DNA from: Halorussus marinus
Lineage (GTDB): Archaea; Halobacteriota; Halobacteria; Halobacteriales; Haladaptataceae
Length of the DNA: 64,000 bases
Reading direction: 5' to 3'
NCBI RefSeq assembly: GCF_004765795.1
Contig: NZ_SBIV01000002.1
Location: forward strand, 124,001 to 188,000
Every line of letters begins with the position of its first letter. The stretch's first letter is position 1. The notes below the pieces were generated by a model. That model was not told the origin of the DNA and ran no database searches. It saw only the letters and a list, made by a program, of their open reading frames with translations. Below are positions 9,495 through 18,984 of this stretch, piece by piece. The position numbers and the translations under genes are program-made.

Positions 9495-10250
9495 TCAGTC
9501 CAGATCGCGCGCGGCCTCGATCTGGTCGGCGTAGGCGCTCGCCATCCGCTCGACGATCGCCTCGCCCGCCTCGGCGGTCCCCTCGCGGGGGTCGCCGAGG
9601 ACGCCGTTCTCGGTGACCGCCTCGAACCCCCCGTTGATCATCCGGGCCGCCGAGATCTCGCCCTCCGCGCCGGGTTCGAGGGCGTCGGTTCGCACCAGTC
9701 CCTCCTCGACCGCCAGCACGACCGCGGTCTCGGCCGCGCCGGCGTGGATCGACGGCTCCTCGTAGTCGACGCCCGCCTCGGCCATCCCCTCGTTCATCAG
9801 CGCCATGTTCTCCTCGAGGTCCGCGAGCGTCACGATCGTCGCGTCGAGTTCGCGGGCGAGTTCTGGCGCGACGGTGTTGACCGGCCCGAAGTTCCCGCCG
9901 TGGGTCGGCACGAGCGCGATGCACTCGAAGCCGTGCTCGTCGAGCGACCGGCAGTACGACTCGATCAGGTCCATCAGCGTCTCGGGCGGGATCGTGATCG
10001 TGCCGGGAAACGACATGTGGTGGCCCGAACAGCCGGGCTGGATCGGGGGCGCGGCGAGCGCGTCGCCGAGCTTCGCGGCGATGCGCTCGGTGACGGCCTC
10101 GCCCGCGATGGTGTCCATCCGGAGGGGCAGGTGCGGGCCGTGTTGCTCGATGGAGCCGACCGCCACGACAGCGGTCCGGGTCCCGTCTTCGAGCGCCGCC
10201 TCGACTTCCGTCCACGTCATGTCGTCTAACCGCAGTGTTTCGTCGGTCAT
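9495..10250 (-). CDS. Creatininase-family amidohydrolase
   Basis: GSIEQHGPHLP..D, SGHHMSFPGT, HGGN, HAGAAET. Confidence 0.9.
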   Translation of the reverse strand: MTDETLRLDDMTWTEVEAALEDGTRTAVVAVGSIEQHGPHLPLRMDTIAGEAVTERIAAKLGDALAAPPIQPGCSGHHMSFPGTITIPPETLMDLIESYCRSLDEHGFECIALVPTHGGNFGPVNTVAPELARELDATIVTLADLEENMALMNEGMAEAGVDYEEPSIHAGAAETAVVLAVEEGLVRTDALEPGAEGEISAARMINGGFEAVTENGVLGDPREGTAEAGEAIVERMASAYADQIEAARDLD

Positions 10251-10343
10251 CTACCCTCTCGGTCCCGGTCGGAGCAGTTAAGACTATGGGAGCCACTCGC
10301 AGGGGAGCCGACGCGTCGGGGCGGCGCGCGCGTCGGGGGACTC

Positions 10344-10727
10344 TCAGTGCTCGACGAACTCGATCAGCGCCCCCCCGGTCGACTTCGGGTGGAGGAACGC
10401 GACGTCGTGGCCCCACGCGCCGGGGCGGGGCTCCTCGTCGATCAGGTCGACGCCGTGGTCGCGGGCGGCGTCGAGCGCGGCCGCGACGTCCTCGGTGGCG
10501 AGCGCGAGGTGGTGGAGCCCCGGCCCGTTCGCGTCGAGGTAGCGCGCGATAGTGCCGTCCTCGATCGGTTCGAGCAACTCGAAGTAGCCCTCGCCGAGTT
10601 CGAGGAAGACGACCCGAAGCCCGTCGAACTTCTCCTCGTGGGCCACCGGCGCGTCGAACAGGTCGGCGTACAGTTCGGCGAGCCCGGCCGCGTCGTCGGT
10701 CGCGATGCCGGCGTGGTCAAAGCGCAT
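10344..10727 (-). CDS. mce: Methylmalonyl-CoA epimerase (VOC family)
   Basis: DHAGIA, ELLEP, GLHHLAL, FLHPKSTGGALIEFVE; near the mutase gene. Confidence 0.9.
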   Translation of the reverse strand: MRFDHAGIATDDAAGLAELYADLFDAPVAHEEKFDGLRVVFLELGEGYFELLEPIEDGTIARYLDANGPGLHHLALATEDVAAALDAARDHGVDLIDEEPRPGAWGHDVAFLHPKSTGGALIEFVEH

Positions 10728-10816
10728 GGCCGATGGCTCGGCTCGCTCGGAGATAACTCCGGTGATCCGGGGCGCCCGCAGTTGTCGCTTCGACAGTCTT
10801 TATCAGACCGTCGGCC

Positions 10817-11950
10817 GTGCCGACGACCATGGAGCCGACCGATCTCCGCGCTGACATCCCCGCGCTCGACCGAACGATCTACATGAACACGGGGGCGGCG
10901 AGCCCGAGCCCCGCCCGGGTTGTCGACGCCGTCGAGGACTGTCTCGAACATCAGGAGTACGAGGCGCCCGCCGCGGAGGGCGCCTACCCCGCGGCTTTCG
11001 AGGTGTTAGACGAGACTCGCGAGGTCGTCGCCGACCACCTCGGCGCGACCGTCGAGGAGATCGCGCTCACCCAGAGCACGACCGACGGGATCAATCGGAT
11101 CGCGGCCGCGCTCGACTGGGAGCCCGGCGACACGGTGGTCCGGACCGACCTCGAACACTCCTCGGGCATCCTGCCGTGGAAGCGACTCGCGCGCCGGGGC
11201 GTCGAAGTCGAGGTGCTCGACAGCGAGGCCGGACGGATCGACCTCGACGCGGCCGCCGACGCGATCGCGGACGCCGACCTCGTCTGTCTGAGTTCGCTGA
11301 CCTGGACCCACGGCACGCTCCTGCCGGTCGAGGAGATCGTCGAACTCGCCCACGACGCCGGCGCGCTCGTGCTCGTCGACGCCGTCCAGTGTCCGGGCCA
11401 GATGGAGACCGACGTGACCGAGTGGGGCGCGGACTTCGTGGCGGGCGCGGGCCACAAGTGGTTGCTCGGCCCGTTCGGCGCGGGCTTTCTCTACGTTCGG
11501 GAGGGCGCCGAGCGCCACCTCGACCCCGCACACATCGGGTATCGGAGCGTCGAGGACCCCAACGCCGAGGCGTACGCCTACGAACCGGGCGCGAACCGAC
11601 TCGAAGTCGGGACGGTCTCGCCCGCGCCGTACGCCGGGCTCGCCGAGTCGATCGAGATCGTCGAGGAGATCGGCTACGACACCATAGAGGCCCGCATCGA
11701 GGAGCTCACCGACCGGCTGAAGGCGGGGATCGTCGACGCCGACGGCGTCGAACTGCTGAGCCCCCGCGAGTACGAGTCGGGGCTCGTCACCTTCCGGGTC
11801 GACGGCGCCGACGCCGAGGCGCTGGTCGAGGAGTACGCCGACGACGGGGTGCGGATTCGGGACCTGCCGTACCCCGACGGGGCGGTCCGGGCGTCGACCC
11901 ACGTCTTCAACACGGCCGAGGACGTCGACGCGCTGGTCGAACTGCTCTGA
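10817..11950 (+). CDS. Class V PLP-dependent aminotransferase / cysteine desulfurase-like enzyme
   Basis: YMNTGA, VDAVQ, GAGHKWLLGP, RASTHVFNT. Confidence 0.88.
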   Translation: MPTTMEPTDLRADIPALDRTIYMNTGAASPSPARVVDAVEDCLEHQEYEAPAAEGAYPAAFEVLDETREVVADHLGATVEEIALTQSTTDGINRIAAALDWEPGDTVVRTDLEHSSGILPWKRLARRGVEVEVLDSEAGRIDLDAAADAIADADLVCLSSLTWTHGTLLPVEEIVELAHDAGALVLVDAVQCPGQMETDVTEWGADFVAGAGHKWLLGPFGAGFLYVREGAERHLDPAHIGYRSVEDPNAEAYAYEPGANRLEVGTVSPAPYAGLAESIEIVEEIGYDTIEARIEELTDRLKAGIVDADGVELLSPREYESGLVTFRVDGADAEALVEEYADDGVRIRDLPYPDGAVRASTHVFNTAEDVDALVELL

Positions 11951-11992
11951 GACGGGGCCTCGCGGTCGGTCGGCCGCACCGATCGGCCCGGA

Positions 11993-13675
11993 TCAGATCG
12001 CGGCGCCGGGCTGGTACTCGCCGAACGTCTCCCGGAGCACGTTGCAGACCTCGCCGACGGTCGCGTACGCCTTGACCGCGTCGACGATGTACGGCATGAG
12101 GTTGTCCTCGCCCTCGGCGGCCTCGCGGAGCGCCGCGAGCGCGGCCTCGACCGCCTCGTCGTCGCGGTCGGCTTTCACCTCGTTCAGCCGGTCGATCTGC
12201 TTCTGTTCTTCCTCCTCGGTGACCTCCTGGATGTCGACCTCGGGCTCCTCGTCGACCTCGAACTCGTTGACGCCGACGATGACCCGCTCTTTCTCCTCGA
12301 TCTCGCGTTGGCGCTCGTAGGCGACGTCCTGGATCTGGCGCTGGACCCACTGGTCCTCGATCGCCCGGCGCATCCCGCCTTTCTGGTCGACGGTGTCGAG
12401 GATGTCGAACGCCTCGGCCTCGACGTCGTCGGTCAGGCTCTCGACGTAGTAGCTCCCCGCCAGCGGGTCGATGGTGTCGGCCGCCCCCGACTCGTGGGCG
12501 AGGATCTGTTGGGTCCGCAAGGCGGTCCGGACGCTCTCTTCGGTCGGGAGCGCGAGCGCCTCGTCTTTGCCGTTGGTGTGGAGGCTCTGGGTCCCCCCGA
12601 GCACCGCCGCCAGCGCCTGATAGGCCACCCGGACGATGTTGTTGTCGACCTGCTGGGCGGTCAGGGTCGAGCCCGCGGTCTGGGTGTGGAACTTGAGCTG
12701 TTTGGACTTGGGGTTCTGGGCGTCGAAGCGCTCGTCCATGATCGTCGCCCACATCCGCCGGGCCGCCCGGAACTTCGCGACCTCTTCGAGGATGTTGTTG
12801 TGGGCGTTGAAGAAAAAGGAGAGCTGGGGGGCGAACTCGTCGACGTCGAGTCCGGCGTCGAGGGCCGCCTCGACGTACTCGATGCCGTTGCCGAGGGTGA
12901 ACGCGAGCTCCTGGGCGGCGGTCGCGCCCGCCTCCCGGACGTGGTAGCCCGAGATCGAGATAGTGTTGAACTTCGGGGTCTCGGCCGCGCAGAACTCGAA
13001 GATGTCGGTGATGATCCGCATCGAGGGCTCGGGCGGGTAGATGTAGGTGTTGCGCGCGATGTACTCTTTCAGGAGGTCGTTCTGGATCGTGCCCCGAAGC
13101 TCCTCGCGGTCGACGCCCTGCTTGTCGCCGACCGCGATGTACATCGCCAGCAGGACCGACGCGGGCGCGTTGATCGTCATCGACGTCGAGACCTCGTCGA
13201 GCGGGATGCCGTCGAAGACGGTCTCCATGTCCCGGAGCGAGTCGATCGCGACCCCGGACTTGCCGACCTCGCCGGCCGCCATGTCGGCGTCCGAGTCGTA
13301 CCCCATCTGGGTCGGCAGGTCGAACGCCATCGACAGCCCCGACGAGCCGTTCTCGATGAGGTACTCGAAGCGCTCGTTGGTCTCCTCGGGCGTGCCGAAC
13401 CCGGCGTACTGGCGCATGGTCCAGAGCCGGCCGCGGTGCATCGTCGAGTACGGACCGCGGGTGTACGGCTCCTCGCCGGGGAAGCCAAGATCCTCCTCGT
13501 AGTCGAGCTCGGCGACGTCGTCGGGCGTGTACAGCCGTTTCACGTCTTGGCCGCCGGTGTCGGTGGTGAACTCCGCTTTGCGCTCGCCGAACCGCTCGAC
13601 CGTGGGCCCGACGGTCTCGTCTTCCCAGTCCTCGCGGGCCTCGCGGATCTCCGCGAGGTCGTCGGCGTCGAACAT
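11993..13675 (-). CDS. Methylmalonyl-CoA mutase, N-terminal catalytic subunit (split type)
   Basis: [41 protein letters not shown]; no B12-binding DxHxxG domain. Start reassigned to the ATG at 13675. Confidence 0.93.
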   Translation of the reverse strand: MFDADDLAEIREAREDWEDETVGPTVERFGERKAEFTTDTGGQDVKRLYTPDDVAELDYEEDLGFPGEEPYTRGPYSTMHRGRLWTMRQYAGFGTPEETNERFEYLIENGSSGLSMAFDLPTQMGYDSDADMAAGEVGKSGVAIDSLRDMETVFDGIPLDEVSTSMTINAPASVLLAMYIAVGDKQGVDREELRGTIQNDLLKEYIARNTYIYPPEPSMRIITDIFEFCAAETPKFNTISISGYHVREAGATAAQELAFTLGNGIEYVEAALDAGLDVDEFAPQLSFFFNAHNNILEEVAKFRAARRMWATIMDERFDAQNPKSKQLKFHTQTAGSTLTAQQVDNNIVRVAYQALAAVLGGTQSLHTNGKDEALALPTEESVRTALRTQQILAHESGAADTIDPLAGSYYVESLTDDVEAEAFDILDTVDQKGGMRRAIEDQWVQRQIQDVAYERQREIEEKERVIVGVNEFEVDEEPEVDIQEVTEEEEQKQIDRLNEVKADRDDEAVEAALAALREAAEGEDNLMPYIVDAVKAYATVGEVCNVLRETFGEYQPGAAI

Positions 13676-13822
13676 TATCTGAACCGACGGCCGGGCCGGT
13701 CTTAACCCTTGGCGGATCGGAGTCGTCGCGGTCTCGGGGGCCGACCGGCGGGCTCGCGCGCCGAATTCGCCCGCCGACGCCCCCACCACGAGCTTTATGC
13801 CCGACAGCGACCCAGTTCGGGC

Positions 13823-15091
13823 ATGGAGCGCTACGACCAGCTCTACCGGCTCTACGACGAGTTCGACGCGGCGACCCTGCGCGCGCTACAGGACTTCGTC
13901 GACCTCTTTCCGCCGGTCGACTCGCGGGTCGCCCTCGAACACTGGCAGGAGGCCAGCGACGACCTCGCCGACCGCAAAGAGACCGTCCGGTCGGCGTTCC
14001 CGGACGCCGGCGAGACGTTCTGTGATCTGGCGGCCCACGCCACCCGCGATCAGGCGTTCACCGGCCTCGACCTCCACGCCAAGTACGACCGGGGGATCAA
14101 CGTCCTCGTACTCGACGTCGACGAGACCCTGCGGTCGGCCGGCGGCACCGACAACGAGATCCCCCGCGAGACGCTCCACCTCCTGACGGAGTTCCACGAG
14201 GGCGGGGTCCCGATCGTGGTCTGTACCGGCCAGACCCTCGAGAACGTCAAGGGGTTCTTGATCCAGGGGCTCGGCAACGAACTCGTCCACTCCGGGGACC
14301 TGAGCGTGGTGTACGAGGCCGGGACCGGGGTGTTCACCCCCGGCCACGGCGCGGACACCAAGCGCCTGCTCTACGAGGACCTCGACGAGGACATCCGGTC
14401 GATCTTCGACGACGTGCGCGCCCGCGTCCTCTCGGACGCCCCCGAGGCGCTCCGGCGGGGGTGTCACCTCCAGGGCAACGAGTTCAACGTCACGCTGAAA
14501 CCCAACTTCGAGACGGGGAGCCCGGAGGCCGCCGAGGTCATCGACCGAGCGCTCGTCTACGAACTCGACCTGCTGGGCGAGGCGGTCGTTCGGCGGGTCG
14601 GCACCGACGCCGCCGACCCGGAGGCGAACGCCCCTGCCAGCGAGTGGGCCCGCGCCTACTACGCCGATCAGGACCCCGAGATCCGGGCGGTCCTCGAAGT
14701 CGAGGGCCGAACGCCAGACTGCGCGCCCGACGACGCGCCCGAGCCGGTCCGGTCGGTGTTCGAGCGCATCGACGTGGCGTACTACGAGGCCGACGCCGCC
14801 GAGATCGGGAGTCTCGAACTCAACAAGGTCGCGGGCGTGCAGGCGGCCTTCGACGTGCTCGGCATCGAAGATCCCTTCACCGCGGTGATGGGCGACAGCA
14901 AGAGCGACCTCAGAGTGATGGAGTGGGTCGCGGAGAACGACTGCGGGGTGGCGGCCGCGCCCGAGCACGCCTCCCGGGACGTGCTCGACCACGTCATCAG
15001 GACCGACGAGCTCGTCTTCGACCGGGGGAAGGCCGGGGACGTGCTCCGGACGGTGTACGCGCTGAACCGGCTGGCGAGTCTGGGAGCGTAG
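13823..15091 (+). CDS. HAD-superfamily hydrolase/phosphatase
   Basis: LDVDETL motif I, CTGQ motif II, MGDSKSD motif IV; start MERYD at 13823. Confidence 0.85.
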   Translation: MERYDQLYRLYDEFDAATLRALQDFVDLFPPVDSRVALEHWQEASDDLADRKETVRSAFPDAGETFCDLAAHATRDQAFTGLDLHAKYDRGINVLVLDVDETLRSAGGTDNEIPRETLHLLTEFHEGGVPIVVCTGQTLENVKGFLIQGLGNELVHSGDLSVVYEAGTGVFTPGHGADTKRLLYEDLDEDIRSIFDDVRARVLSDAPEALRRGCHLQGNEFNVTLKPNFETGSPEAAEVIDRALVYELDLLGEAVVRRVGTDAADPEANAPASEWARAYYADQDPEIRAVLEVEGRTPDCAPDDAPEPVRSVFERIDVAYYEADAAEIGSLELNKVAGVQAAFDVLGIEDPFTAVMGDSKSDLRVMEWVAENDCGVAAAPEHASRDVLDHVIRTDELVFDRGKAGDVLRTVYALNRLASLGA

Positions 15092-15106
15092 CGACGAGCG
15101 ACCGGC

Positions 15107-15379
15107 TCAGACGTTGAGTTCGAACCGAACCGTATCGCCGTTTTCGAGCGAGCTCGCGGTCGAGAGCGTCTCGCCGGCGTCGACGGATTCGCGGACCACC
15201 ACGGTGTCCGAGCGCAGGCGCTCGCCGTCGAGGACGCCCGCCCGGACCTGCGGCCCGTAGGAGTCGGCGAGCTTCTCGACTACGTCCCGGAGAGTCGCGT
15301 CCTCGGGCACCGCGATGCGGGCCTCGCGGGTCCCGGTGCGGGCGACCAGCGTCCCCGTGAGCTTGACGGTCACGTTCAT
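15107..15379 (-). CDS. MoaD/ThiS-like beta-grasp (ubiquitin-like) protein lacking the C-terminal GG
   Basis: MNVTVKLTGTL...ATLRDVVEKL...LENGDTVRFELNV. Confidence 0.75.
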   Translation of the reverse strand: MNVTVKLTGTLVARTGTREARIAVPEDATLRDVVEKLADSYGPQVRAGVLDGERLRSDTVVVRESVDAGETLSTASSLENGDTVRFELNV

Positions 15380-15478
15380 ACCACACCCTCCGGATCCCAC
15401 CGACTAAAAGTTTACTCACTCTCGAAAAAGTACTCTCGCACGGAACGGCTTAAGGACGCGGCTCCCGACGCGACGAAC

Positions 15479-16396
15479 ATGGGCAACGCACCACCACCGG
15501 GTTCGGACGACCCGCTCGACGTTCGCGGGGTCGTGCCGCCGACGATCACCGCATTCGACGAGGACGAATCGGTCGATTACGAGGCGACCGCGGCCCACGC
15601 GCGGTTCGTCGTCGACCGGGGCGCCCACGGGGTCTTCCCGCTGGGGACCAACGGCGAGTTCCCGCTACTGACCCCCGAGGAGCGCGACGACGTGGTCGAG
15701 GCGGTCGTCGAGACCGTCGGCGGCGACGTCCCCGTCATCGCGGGGGTCGGCGCGCCGAGCACCCGCCAGACGGTCGCTCACGCCGAGCGCGCCGAGATGG
15801 TCGGCGCCGACGGCGTGGTCGTGGTCACGCCGTACTACTACCCGCTCGACCGAGAGGCCGCGGTCGAGCACTACCGGCGGGTGGCCGAGTCGGTCGACCT
15901 TCCGGTGTACGTCTATCACATCCCGAGCAAGACCGGCAACTCGCTGTCGCTGGAGACCCTCGACGCGCTCGCCGACGTCGACAACCTCGTCGGACTCAAG
16001 GATTCGAGCAAGGACGTGCCGTGGCTCGGACAGGCGATCGACGCCCACCCCGAGTTGACGTTTCTCGCGGGGTCGGACTCGCTTCTGTTCCCGGGGCTCG
16101 AAGTCGGTTGTGCCGGCGTCGTCAGCGCGGTCGCCAACGCCTTCCCCGAACTCGTCGTCGACCTCTACGAGGCCTACGACGACGGCGACGAGGAGCGGGC
16201 CCGGACCCTCCAGAGCGAGGTGTACGAGGTTCGGTCGGCGCTGAAGCGCGGGCCGTACATGGCAGGGGTCAAGACCGCCCTCGACCTGCGCGCGGTCGAC
16301 TTCGAACCGGGGCCGCTCCGGAGCCCGCTTCGGAAGATGGACGACGCCGATCGCGACGCGCTGGGAGACGATCTCGCCGACCTCGACCTTCTGTAG
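15479..16396 (+). CDS. DHDPS-family class I aldolase, probable 2-keto-3-deoxy-(6-phospho)gluconate aldolase
   Basis: GTNGE, VTPYY, YHIPSKTG, GLKDSS Schiff-base Lys; adjacent to gluconate dehydratase. Confidence 0.8.
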   Translation: MGNAPPPGSDDPLDVRGVVPPTITAFDEDESVDYEATAAHARFVVDRGAHGVFPLGTNGEFPLLTPEERDDVVEAVVETVGGDVPVIAGVGAPSTRQTVAHAERAEMVGADGVVVVTPYYYPLDREAAVEHYRRVAESVDLPVYVYHIPSKTGNSLSLETLDALADVDNLVGLKDSSKDVPWLGQAIDAHPELTFLAGSDSLLFPGLEVGCAGVVSAVANAFPELVVDLYEAYDDGDEERARTLQSEVYEVRSALKRGPYMAGVKTALDLRAVDFEPGPLRSPLRKMDDADRDALGDDLADLDLL

Positions 16397-16559
16397 CGGT
16401 TTCGGGCCGCCGTCCCGTTTTTATCGACCGTAAACGGTCGCAAGGCTTAACATTTTCAGTGCTAACATTTAGCACGGTGTCGGAGATCACGACTGATCGT
16501 CGACCCCGCTCGCGGAACCGCCCGACAGCTCGCCGCTCCGCCAGTCGATCCAACACATC

Positions 16560-16760
16560 ATGACACCGCTCCCATCCCGTCTCGACAAACGGACCGTCCT
16601 GGGGGGACAGTACCTGATCGTCGGTGGCGCCCTCGCCCTCCCGCCGGGCGAACCCGCGCTGGCGGCGCCGCTGGTCGCCGCCGGCGCGTACCTGCTTTTC
16701 GGCCGGCGGCGAGAGCCCGCCTGGACCGTACCCTCTAAATTTTTACTCCGTGCCAAGTAA
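16560..16760 (+). CDS. Possible small membrane protein
   Basis: 66-aa ORF with two hydrophobic segments; its 3' end overlaps the gad promoter. Confidence 0.4.
   Translation: MTPLPSRLDKRTVLGGQYLIVGGALALPPGEPALAAPLVAAGAYLLFGRRREPAWTVPSKFLLRAK
16744..16759 (+). promoter_or_regulatory. TrmB-like operator TACTC-N6-AAGTA
   Basis: TACTCCGTGCCAAGTA lies between the TATA (TTTTTA) and the leaderless ATG of gad. Confidence 0.65.
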
Positions 16761-16768
16761 GTCCCTTC

Positions 16769-18004
16769 ATGGTGCGCAACTACGCGGAGCTCCACGACCC
16801 GAACGCCGAGTACACGATGCGGGACCTCTCGTCGGCGTCGATGGGGCTGGACCGCGAGCGCGGCGACCGCGAGGTCGAGATCACGGACGTCCAGACCACG
16901 ATGATCGACGGGAACTTCCCGTGGACGCTCGTGCGCGTGTACACCGACGCGGGCGTGGTCGGGACCGGCGAGGCCTACTGGGGCGCGGGCGTCCCCGAAC
17001 TCGTCCAGCGGATGAGGCCGTTCCTCGTCGGCGAGAACCCCCTCGACATCGACCGACTGTACGAGCACCTCGTCCAGAAGATGTCGGGCGAGGGCTCGAT
17101 CGAGGGCGTCACCGTCACCGCGATCTCGGGGATCGAGGTCGCGCTCCACGACCTCGCCGGAAAGCTGCTGGGCGTGCCCGCCTACCAGCTACTCGGCGGG
17201 AAGTATCGCGACGAGGTGCGGGTGTACTGCGACTGTCACACCGCCGACGAAGCCGACCCCGAGGCCTGCGCCGACGAGGCCGAACGCGTCGTCGAGGAAC
17301 AGGGCTACGACGCGCTGAAGTTCGACCTCGACGTGCCCTCGGGCCACGAGAAGGATCGGGCGAACCGCCACCTCCGGAACCCCGAGATCGACCACAAGGT
17401 CGAGATCGTCGAGGCGGTCACCGAGCGCGTGGGCGACCGGGCGGACGTGGCCTTCGACTGCCACTGGACGTTCTCGGCCGGGAGCGCCAAGCGACTCGCG
17501 ACCGCGTTAGAGGCCTACGACGTCTGGTGGCTCGAAGACCCCGTTCCGCCGGAGAACCACGACGTCCAGAAGAACGTCACCCACTCGACGACCGTGCCGA
17601 TCGCGGCGGGCGAGAACGTCTACCGCAAGCACGGCCAGCGCCGCCTCCTCGAAGAGCAGGCGGTCGACATCGTCGCGCCCGACATGCCGAAGGTCGGCGG
17701 GATGCGCGAGACCCGCAAGATCGCCGACGTGGCCGACACCTACTACACGCCGGTCGCGATGCACAACGTCTCCTCGCCGGTCGCCACGATGGCCTCCGCC
17801 CACGTCGGCACCGCCATCCCGAACTCGCTTGCGGTCGAGTACCACAGCTACCAGCTCGGCTGGTGGGAGGACCTCGTCGAGGAGGACGTCATCGAGGACG
17901 GCTACATCGAGATTCCCGAGGAGCCGGGGCTCGGCGTGACCCTCGACATGGACGTCGTCGAGGAGAAGATGGTCGCCGGCGAGACGTTGTTCGACGAAGC
18001 GTAG
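16769..18004 (+). CDS. gad: Enolase-superfamily (mandelate racemase-like) D-gluconate dehydratase
   Basis: ISGIEVALHDLAGK, KFDLD, FDCH, WLEDP, AGEN, HN; haloarchaeal Gad-type N-terminus LHDPNAEYTMRDLS. Confidence 0.8.
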   Translation: MVRNYAELHDPNAEYTMRDLSSASMGLDRERGDREVEITDVQTTMIDGNFPWTLVRVYTDAGVVGTGEAYWGAGVPELVQRMRPFLVGENPLDIDRLYEHLVQKMSGEGSIEGVTVTAISGIEVALHDLAGKLLGVPAYQLLGGKYRDEVRVYCDCHTADEADPEACADEAERVVEEQGYDALKFDLDVPSGHEKDRANRHLRNPEIDHKVEIVEAVTERVGDRADVAFDCHWTFSAGSAKRLATALEAYDVWWLEDPVPPENHDVQKNVTHSTTVPIAAGENVYRKHGQRRLLEEQAVDIVAPDMPKVGGMRETRKIADVADTYYTPVAMHNVSSPVATMASAHVGTAIPNSLAVEYHSYQLGWWEDLVEEDVIEDGYIEIPEEPGLGVTLDMDVVEEKMVAGETLFDEA

Positions 18005-18116
18005 CTTCGTCGGGCTCGCGGAGCTTGCTCCGCGGCGTTCGACCCGGCCTAAGCCGGGTCAAACCGGCGAATCTTCGATTCGACTCGTTCGACGAAGCGT
18101 AGCTTCGTCGGGCTCG
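17989..18116. repeat. Two exact 30-bp direct repeats (17989-18018, 18087-18116) flanking three further hairpins
   Basis: GTTCGACGAAGCGTAGCTTCGTCGGGCTCG occurs twice; each copy contains the stem CGACGAAGC-GTA-GCTTCGTCG. Confidence 0.9.
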
Positions 18117-18220
18117 AAAATCTCCGATCGGAGCCGTTCGACGGCTCCGTCTCGACCGTCTGAAAACACCGCGTGGGACGTGGGTCCCGAGATTCTTCGA
18201 CGGAGGAGACCGGATGCGCG

Positions 18221-18754
18221 CTACTGAACGAGCGATTCGAGGCGTTTGCGGAGGTCTTTTGCCGCGTTTGTGACCCGTCGCCGACGGCGGGATTTGGCAT
18301 CGACCGTCGTGTCGTGGCTCTCGATCCAACGGCGCATCGTACTGCTACCGGCTTCCCGGTCGATGCCGACCTGCCGGATGTGTTTGATCGGGTGGCGCAG
18401 CCAGTTGTACTCCTCGTGGGCGAACACGTCGAGATACTCCGGCGAGTGGGCGATGAGGATGACGTGGAGCTGTCTGTCGGCCAGCCGTGACTGTCGATAC
18501 GTCCAGCTACCGTTTGGCTCCGCTCCGACCGGCGGCCGGTGGTACCACGCCAGCGGGTCCCACTCGAACCCGTGTTCTCTGAGCGTCTCCGTGAACTCGT
18601 CCAGCGGTTGCTCGATGGTGCCGACGTATTCGGTGTCCAGAAGGCGGTACTCGGGCTGGCCGAAAGTGCGCGCGAGTCGGGTGAGCGAGGGCCCGAGTCG
18701 CTGTCTCACGAGGTAGGGAACGTCCGGTTCGAGAGTTTCGACGATGCTCCGCAT
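18221..18754 (-). CDS. Hypothetical protein
   Basis: 177-aa ORF, less GC-biased codons, Trp/His-rich motifs (GSWTYR, QLHV, AHEEYNW..HP..H). Confidence 0.65.
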   Translation of the reverse strand: MRSIVETLEPDVPYLVRQRLGPSLTRLARTFGQPEYRLLDTEYVGTIEQPLDEFTETLREHGFEWDPLAWYHRPPVGAEPNGSWTYRQSRLADRQLHVILIAHSPEYLDVFAHEEYNWLRHPIKHIRQVGIDREAGSSTMRRWIESHDTTVDAKSRRRRRVTNAAKDLRKRLESLVQ

Positions 18755-18984
18755 TTAGTACCCACTGGGTTTCCAGCACCTCAAAACTATTGCACGCCCC
18801 GAGAAACGCGAGCGTAGTGAGACGCCGCGACGGCCTGATCCGAACGGGCCCACGCCGTGCTGAGACTTTCCGCCGTATCCCGGGCGATTATTGTCATCCG
18901 CCAGTAGATTCTACAGGACCGTTCGATCCCGAAACAAGTTCGCCCGAGACGGCCGGTCAAAAACGCGCTGAGAGCCCACCGGGG

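Noticed and set aside
9495..13675. Creatininase, PLP enzyme and mutase/epimerase as one novel pathway
   Set aside because: Mixed orientations and separate promoters; the mutase has standard methylmalonyl-CoA specificity residues (RQYAG Tyr).
17989..18116. Mini-CRISPR interpretation of the two 30-bp palindromic repeats
   Set aside because: Only two copies, a 68-bp self-structured spacer, the first copy is coding sequence, and there is no leader or cas gene.
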